A stretch of 63,430 nt of DNA, the filler included. It is 8 parts of 8 records of this genome, joined end to end, with 100 filler letters (N's around TTAATTAATTAA, not from the genome) between each part and the next. Parts side by side here need not be neighbours in the genome. Positions count along the whole stretch, not along the records: positions 52,511 to 63,430 come from DRR723986_40513; 7 more parts are not named here. One strand, given 5' to 3'. Each line of letters opens with the position of its first letter. Position 1 is the stretch's first letter. Both the position numbers and the translations under genes were made by a program. Shown piece by piece: positions 59,610-63,430 of the stretch. The notes beneath the pieces are model-generated. The model was not told the origin of the DNA, made no database searches, and was given only the letters and a program-made list of their open reading frames with translations.

Positions 59610-61280
59610 CTACATCCGCTCTGGAGCACTAACACCGACGAGGTCTAAACCGTTTCTCAGTACTTGACCGGTGGCATCGTTGAGCCACAAGCGTGTGTGG
59701 TGAACAGGTTCGACGGCGTTGTCACCCTGCGGGGTCACGCGGCAAGCGTCATACCAGCGGTGATACACGCTGGCCACTTCCTCGAGATACCGTGCCACCC
59801 GATGGGGCTCACGCAATTCAGCCGCTTGGGCCACAACGCGGGGAAAATCACCAAGAGAGGCGATGAGTGCCGCCTCGCTGGGGTGGGTCAGCAGTGAAGG
59901 GTCACAAACATCTCGAGTGACCCCTGCATCGCTCGCATTCCGCGCCACCTGGTGTGTTCTGGCATGGGCATATTGAACATAAAAAACGGGGTTGTCGTTT
60001 GTGCGCTTAGTCAATATTTCGGAATCCAGCGTCAGCGGTGAATCAGCGGGATAGCGCGCCAGGGAATAGCGCAAAGCATCCGTCCCAAGCCACTCGCGCA
60101 GATCATCTAACTCAATAATGTTGCCGGCTCTCTTTGAGAGTTTCGCGCCATTGATACTCACCAGCTGGCCAATGAGGACCTCAACATTAAATTCTGGGTC
60201 TTCGCCCGCTGCTCCGGCTAGGGCTTTGAGGCGGTGAACATAGCCGTGGTGATCCGCACCGAGAAGGTAAATCTTTTGGGTGAACCCGCGGTCAGTTTTG
60301 GATAGGTAGTAGGCGGCATCAGCGGCGAAATAGGTAAAGACACCATTCGCCCGGCGAATCACGCGGTCTTTGTCATCGCCAAAATCTGTGGTGCGAACCC
60401 ACAGTGCACCGTCTTCTTCAAATACGTGACCTGTCGCCCTTAAGCGCTCAATGGATTGCTCAATGGCGCTCTGCGGACCCGATGATGGCCCATCCTGACT
60501 GGCGTGAAGTGTGCGCTCGGAGAACCACACGTCAAAGTGCACACGGAAGGACTCTAAGGATTCTTGAATATCGCCAAGCTGGAGTTGATACGCACTCTCG
60601 GTGGCCAGCGCTAGGCCATCATCTGTGGAGGTGCTGGCAAGCTCGGGGTGCTGGGCCAGGACTCGCTGCGCTAAAGCGGCAATGTATTCACCCTGGTATC
60701 CACCCTCGGGGGGCGGATTGCCTAGGACGCTGGCAAGCACAGACGCGCCAAAAAGCTCCATTTGAGCTCCCGCATCATTGATATAGAACTCGCTGGTGAC
60801 CGATGCGCCAGCGGCTCGGAGAACCCGAACTAACGAGTCCCCCAATGCTGCCCATCGGGTGTGCCCGATGTGCAGGGGCCCGGTGGGGTTGGCGGAGACG
60901 AATTCGACGTTAAAGCTGTGACCCTCAAGCTCGGCACTAGTGCCATAGGCGCTCCCCGCTTTGAGGATCGTGACGACAAGCTCACCGGCGGCTCCGGCAT
61001 CGAGGGTGATGTTGATAAATCCTGGACCTGCCACCTCTGCGGAGTGAACTCCCTCTTCGAGGCGCAATTCAGATGCCAAGGTTTCAGCAAACTCCCGCGG
61101 ATTAAGATTCAATGCCTTGGCGAACTTCATGGCCACCGAGGTTGACCAATCACCGTGATCACGGTTGCGCGGTCTCTCCAAGGCCACCTCAGCGCCGGTG
61201 GGGACCGACTCCACTGCGCCAGCAGTGAGGTGGCGCGCCGCTATTCGCGCGACAGTGTCAGCAAGCGCCCGGGGATCCAC
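59610..61280 (-). CDS. argS: Arginine--tRNA ligase
   Basis: SANPTGPLHIGH, GDDKDR, GADHHGY, LSKRAG, YVQYAHAR, APERM. Confidence 0.97.
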   Translation of the reverse strand: MDPRALADTVARIAARHLTAGAVESVPTGAEVALERPRNRDHGDWSTSVAMKFAKALNLNPREFAETLASELRLEEGVHSAEVAGPGFINITLDAGAAGELVVTILKAGSAYGTSAELEGHSFNVEFVSANPTGPLHIGHTRWAALGDSLVRVLRAAGASVTSEFYINDAGAQMELFGASVLASVLGNPPPEGGYQGEYIAALAQRVLAQHPELASTSTDDGLALATESAYQLQLGDIQESLESFRVHFDVWFSERTLHASQDGPSSGPQSAIEQSIERLRATGHVFEEDGALWVRTTDFGDDKDRVIRRANGVFTYFAADAAYYLSKTDRGFTQKIYLLGADHHGYVHRLKALAGAAGEDPEFNVEVLIGQLVSINGAKLSKRAGNIIELDDLREWLGTDALRYSLARYPADSPLTLDSEILTKRTNDNPVFYVQYAHARTHQVARNASDAGVTRDVCDPSLLTHPSEAALIASLGDFPRVVAQAAELREPHRVARYLEEVASVYHRWYDACRVTPQGDNAVEPVHHTRLWLNDATGQVLRNGLDLVGVSAPERM

Positions 61281-61348
61281 AACTGGCCATCCTACTAGCG
61301 CGTCGAGGAAGCGATGCGTGAGGTTGTAACCTTGTCATGCCCTATCGA

Positions 61349-61421
61349 GCCCCCATAGCTCAGGGGATAGAGCGTCTGCCTCCGGAGCAGAAGGCCGCAG
61401 GTTCGAATCCTGCTGGGGGCA
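61349..61421 (+). tRNA. tRNA-Arg(CCG)
   Basis: GCCCCCA/TGGGGGC acceptor stem, TCTGC-CT-CCG-GA-GCAGA anticodon arm, GGTTCGAATCC. CCA not encoded. Divergent from argS. Confidence 0.95.
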
Positions 61422-61437
61422 CTGGGTTCGTAAGACA

Positions 61438-62895
61438 TCACGAGGCACCCGTTTCTCGGTAGTCGGGGCTTTCGTGCACTTCGAGGAATTCGAAGAGTTC
61501 AATGTCATCCACACCGGGGAACATCCCTCCACGCAAAGGCGAGAGAACGTGCGCGTGGAGGCGAGCGCTAGTCCAGGCCTTGCCCGACCATTTAGTCAGC
61601 AGCCCTTGGTCTGGGCGGCGGCAACACTCCGAATCCGGGCACCGGGAGACTTTTCGCTGCGTCGTATCGCGACCTCTAAACCACTTTGCGTCTTCAAATT
61701 TCACGCCAACGGTGATGGAAAACTCATCAGCGAGTGAGGTTCCGATTTGGGTGGACTCCCAGAAGGTTCCCTCGGGGGTGTCGGTGTATTGGTAGTACTC
61801 CGTTGTTCGGTTTTTCCTCACGAACGCTTCCCTGGCACTCCAGTGGCGACAGACAATCTGTCCTTCGGTGGAACCGGTGACGTCCTCGGGTAGGGCTAAT
61901 CCATCGTTTTCATAGGCCTTATAGATCGCGCCATCATCGCCAACGCGGAGGAAGTGCAGCGGAAGCTCCAAATGTTTCGTGGCCAGGTTCATAAAACGCA
62001 ACCCAGCAGCCTCGTGGGTAACCCCGAAAGCATCCCTAAAGTCCTCTACCGCAAGGTTTTTTGATTTCTTCGCTGCCCTCAAAAACTCCAGCGCGGGCGT
62101 GAGTGGCATCAGACACGCTGCGGCGAAATAGTTGATATCGAGGCGTTGTTGGAGGAATTCTTCATAGGTCTTGGGGACGGGGTGTCCCAGTATTTGGTGC
62201 GCAATGGCTTGCAGCGCCAAGGAGCGCAACCCGTGCCCGCCCGGAATCGAGGCGGGTGGGAGATAAATTCGACCGTTTTCTAAATCGGTCACACTCCTCG
62301 CACTACGCGGGAGATCCCCCGCGTGGACTATCTCAAGGCCCAAGGAGTTCGCCATGAGGGCGACCTCTCGGTGTGTGAGAGCGCCGGTGGAGGTGTGCCC
62401 CACTGACCTCACAAGATCTTCAGCAAGTTTTTCTAAATCAGGGCGATAGTTATCCAAATCGCGCATCGCCAGTCGCAATTCAGTATTGGCTCGACGGGCT
62501 TCCTCTGGAGTGGCGAGAGCTCTTTTTTCCCTTCGAACAAGTTCCTGATAGAGCCCCACCAGGACTCGCAGATGGTCATCACTCACACTTTTTGACACAC
62601 GAATCGGCGGCAAACCCAGCGCTGTCACCATCGAACTGGACTGTGCCCCCGCCCACTCTCGCTCAAGTTTGGCCCGCTCGCTCGGGGGTTCCTGGTCCAA
62701 AAGCTGAGCCATCTCGACTCCGAGAGTCTCCGCCAGCGCTGAGAGCAAGCCAATTTTGGCTTCGCGCTTCCCGGTTTCCACCAGAGACAGTTGGCTGGCG
62801 GTTACTCCTACCTGGGCGCTGAGCTCATCCAAAGTCAATCCAGCACGGGTTCGAAAGTGGCGAACCCGTTGTCCTAACGCCAAAATTTCTACCAT
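61438..62895 (-). CDS. XRE-family regulator of the RamB/PrpR (short-chain fatty acyl-CoA regulator) type
   Basis: N-terminal XRE HTH, IrrE-like middle ([10 protein letters not shown]), C-terminal CPDSECC cluster. Confidence 0.8.
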   Translation of the reverse strand: MVEILALGQRVRHFRTRAGLTLDELSAQVGVTASQLSLVETGKREAKIGLLSALAETLGVEMAQLLDQEPPSERAKLEREWAGAQSSSMVTALGLPPIRVSKSVSDDHLRVLVGLYQELVRREKRALATPEEARRANTELRLAMRDLDNYRPDLEKLAEDLVRSVGHTSTGALTHREVALMANSLGLEIVHAGDLPRSARSVTDLENGRIYLPPASIPGGHGLRSLALQAIAHQILGHPVPKTYEEFLQQRLDINYFAAACLMPLTPALEFLRAAKKSKNLAVEDFRDAFGVTHEAAGLRFMNLATKHLELPLHFLRVGDDGAIYKAYENDGLALPEDVTGSTEGQIVCRHWSAREAFVRKNRTTEYYQYTDTPEGTFWESTQIGTSLADEFSITVGVKFEDAKWFRGRDTTQRKVSRCPDSECCRRPDQGLLTKWSGKAWTSARLHAHVLSPLRGGMFPGVDDIELFEFLEVHESPDYRETGAS

Positions 62896-63002
62896 TGTCT
62901 GACAATATCGCAAAAACAGCGTTTTTTGACAAGCTATTTGGTCATGTTCCTACCGACTTCTTGACAATAGTGGAGGTACCCACCAGGCAAAGGAGCACTG
63001 TC

Positions 63003-63430
63003 ATGACCCCCACCATTGATGCCCCCACCCGCACCTCCCAGACATCTAGCGCTGTGAGTGCCCCGGTAGAAGTGCTTGAGTGGGTTCATGAGGCAGCAGC
63101 GTGGCTCACACCTCGCGAGGTCGTGTGGTGCGATGGTTCCCCCGCGGAGGCTCAACGGCTGACCGCAACACTGGTCGAATCAGGAACCTTCACACCCCTC
63201 AACCCCGAGAAACGCCCTGGCAGCTACCTGGCACGAAGTGAGCCCAGTGACGTAGCCCGAGTGGAATCTCGCACGTTTGTCTGCACCACCGACCCCCTCG
63301 ATGCCGGGCCGACCAACAATTGGGTGGACCCCCAGGAGATGAAGGACACCCTGCGGGAAGTCGCTCGGGGCAGCATGGCAGGCCGCACGCTCTATGTTGT
63401 GCCCTTCTCCATGGGACCTCTGGATTCACC
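63003..63430 (+). CDS. pckG: GTP-dependent phosphoenolpyruvate carboxykinase, partial
   Basis: [54 protein letters not shown]. Not in the ORF track. Confidence 0.95.
   Translation, partial: MTPTIDAPTRTSQTSSAVSAPVEVLEWVHEAAAWLTPREVVWCDGSPAEAQRLTATLVESGTFTPLNPEKRPGSYLARSEPSDVARVESRTFVCTTDPLDAGPTNNWVDPQEMKDTLREVARGSMAGRTLYVVPFSMGPLDS

Overview
This window is not one genome. It is eight unrelated contigs, probably from an aquatic metagenome, joined by 100-nt artificial spacers (N44-TTAATTAATTAA-N44). (1) 1-6228, alphaproteobacterial: typA start, LpxH-like phosphoesterase plus GT4, a MmgR/SuhB-like sRNA, N-formylglutamate amidohydrolase, an IorB-like molybdoenzyme and tRNA-Val. (2) 6329-16520, Flavobacteriaceae-like housekeeping, including a T9SS cargo gene interrupted by TAG. 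(3) 16621-25776, Bacteroidota: usp, dnaJ, grpE, lnt, ABC-F, gldM-like. (4) 25877-33077, Bacteroidota: ECF sigma/FecR and LVIVD lipoproteins. (5) 33178-38283, alphaproteobacterial prophage/ICE-like control region with a CapH/CapP-like repressor-protease switch. (6) 38384-47301, probably gammaproteobacterial island next to tRNA-fMet. (7) 47402-52410, Rhodobacteraceae housekeeping. (8) 52511-63430, Microbacteriaceae-like argS-lysA-hom-thrC-thrB-rho-prfA and pckG. The best candidate system is in contig 6: a translationally coupled operon of multi-pass membrane protein, metallo-beta-lactamase-fold hydrolase, E2-E1 fusion and JAB protease. This is Cap2/Cap3-like conjugation machinery with no cyclase and no ubiquitin-like protein. 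The MBL has a CD-NTase-like tail (…EKSYA|RFTTRL) and may itself be the processed and conjugated modifier. Other notable signals: a Rho with a degenerate ATPase/RNA-translocation core, and a possible protease-repressor-activator cascade with helically phased TGCCTCC repeats in contig 5. All family and taxon calls come from motif recognition; no searches were run.
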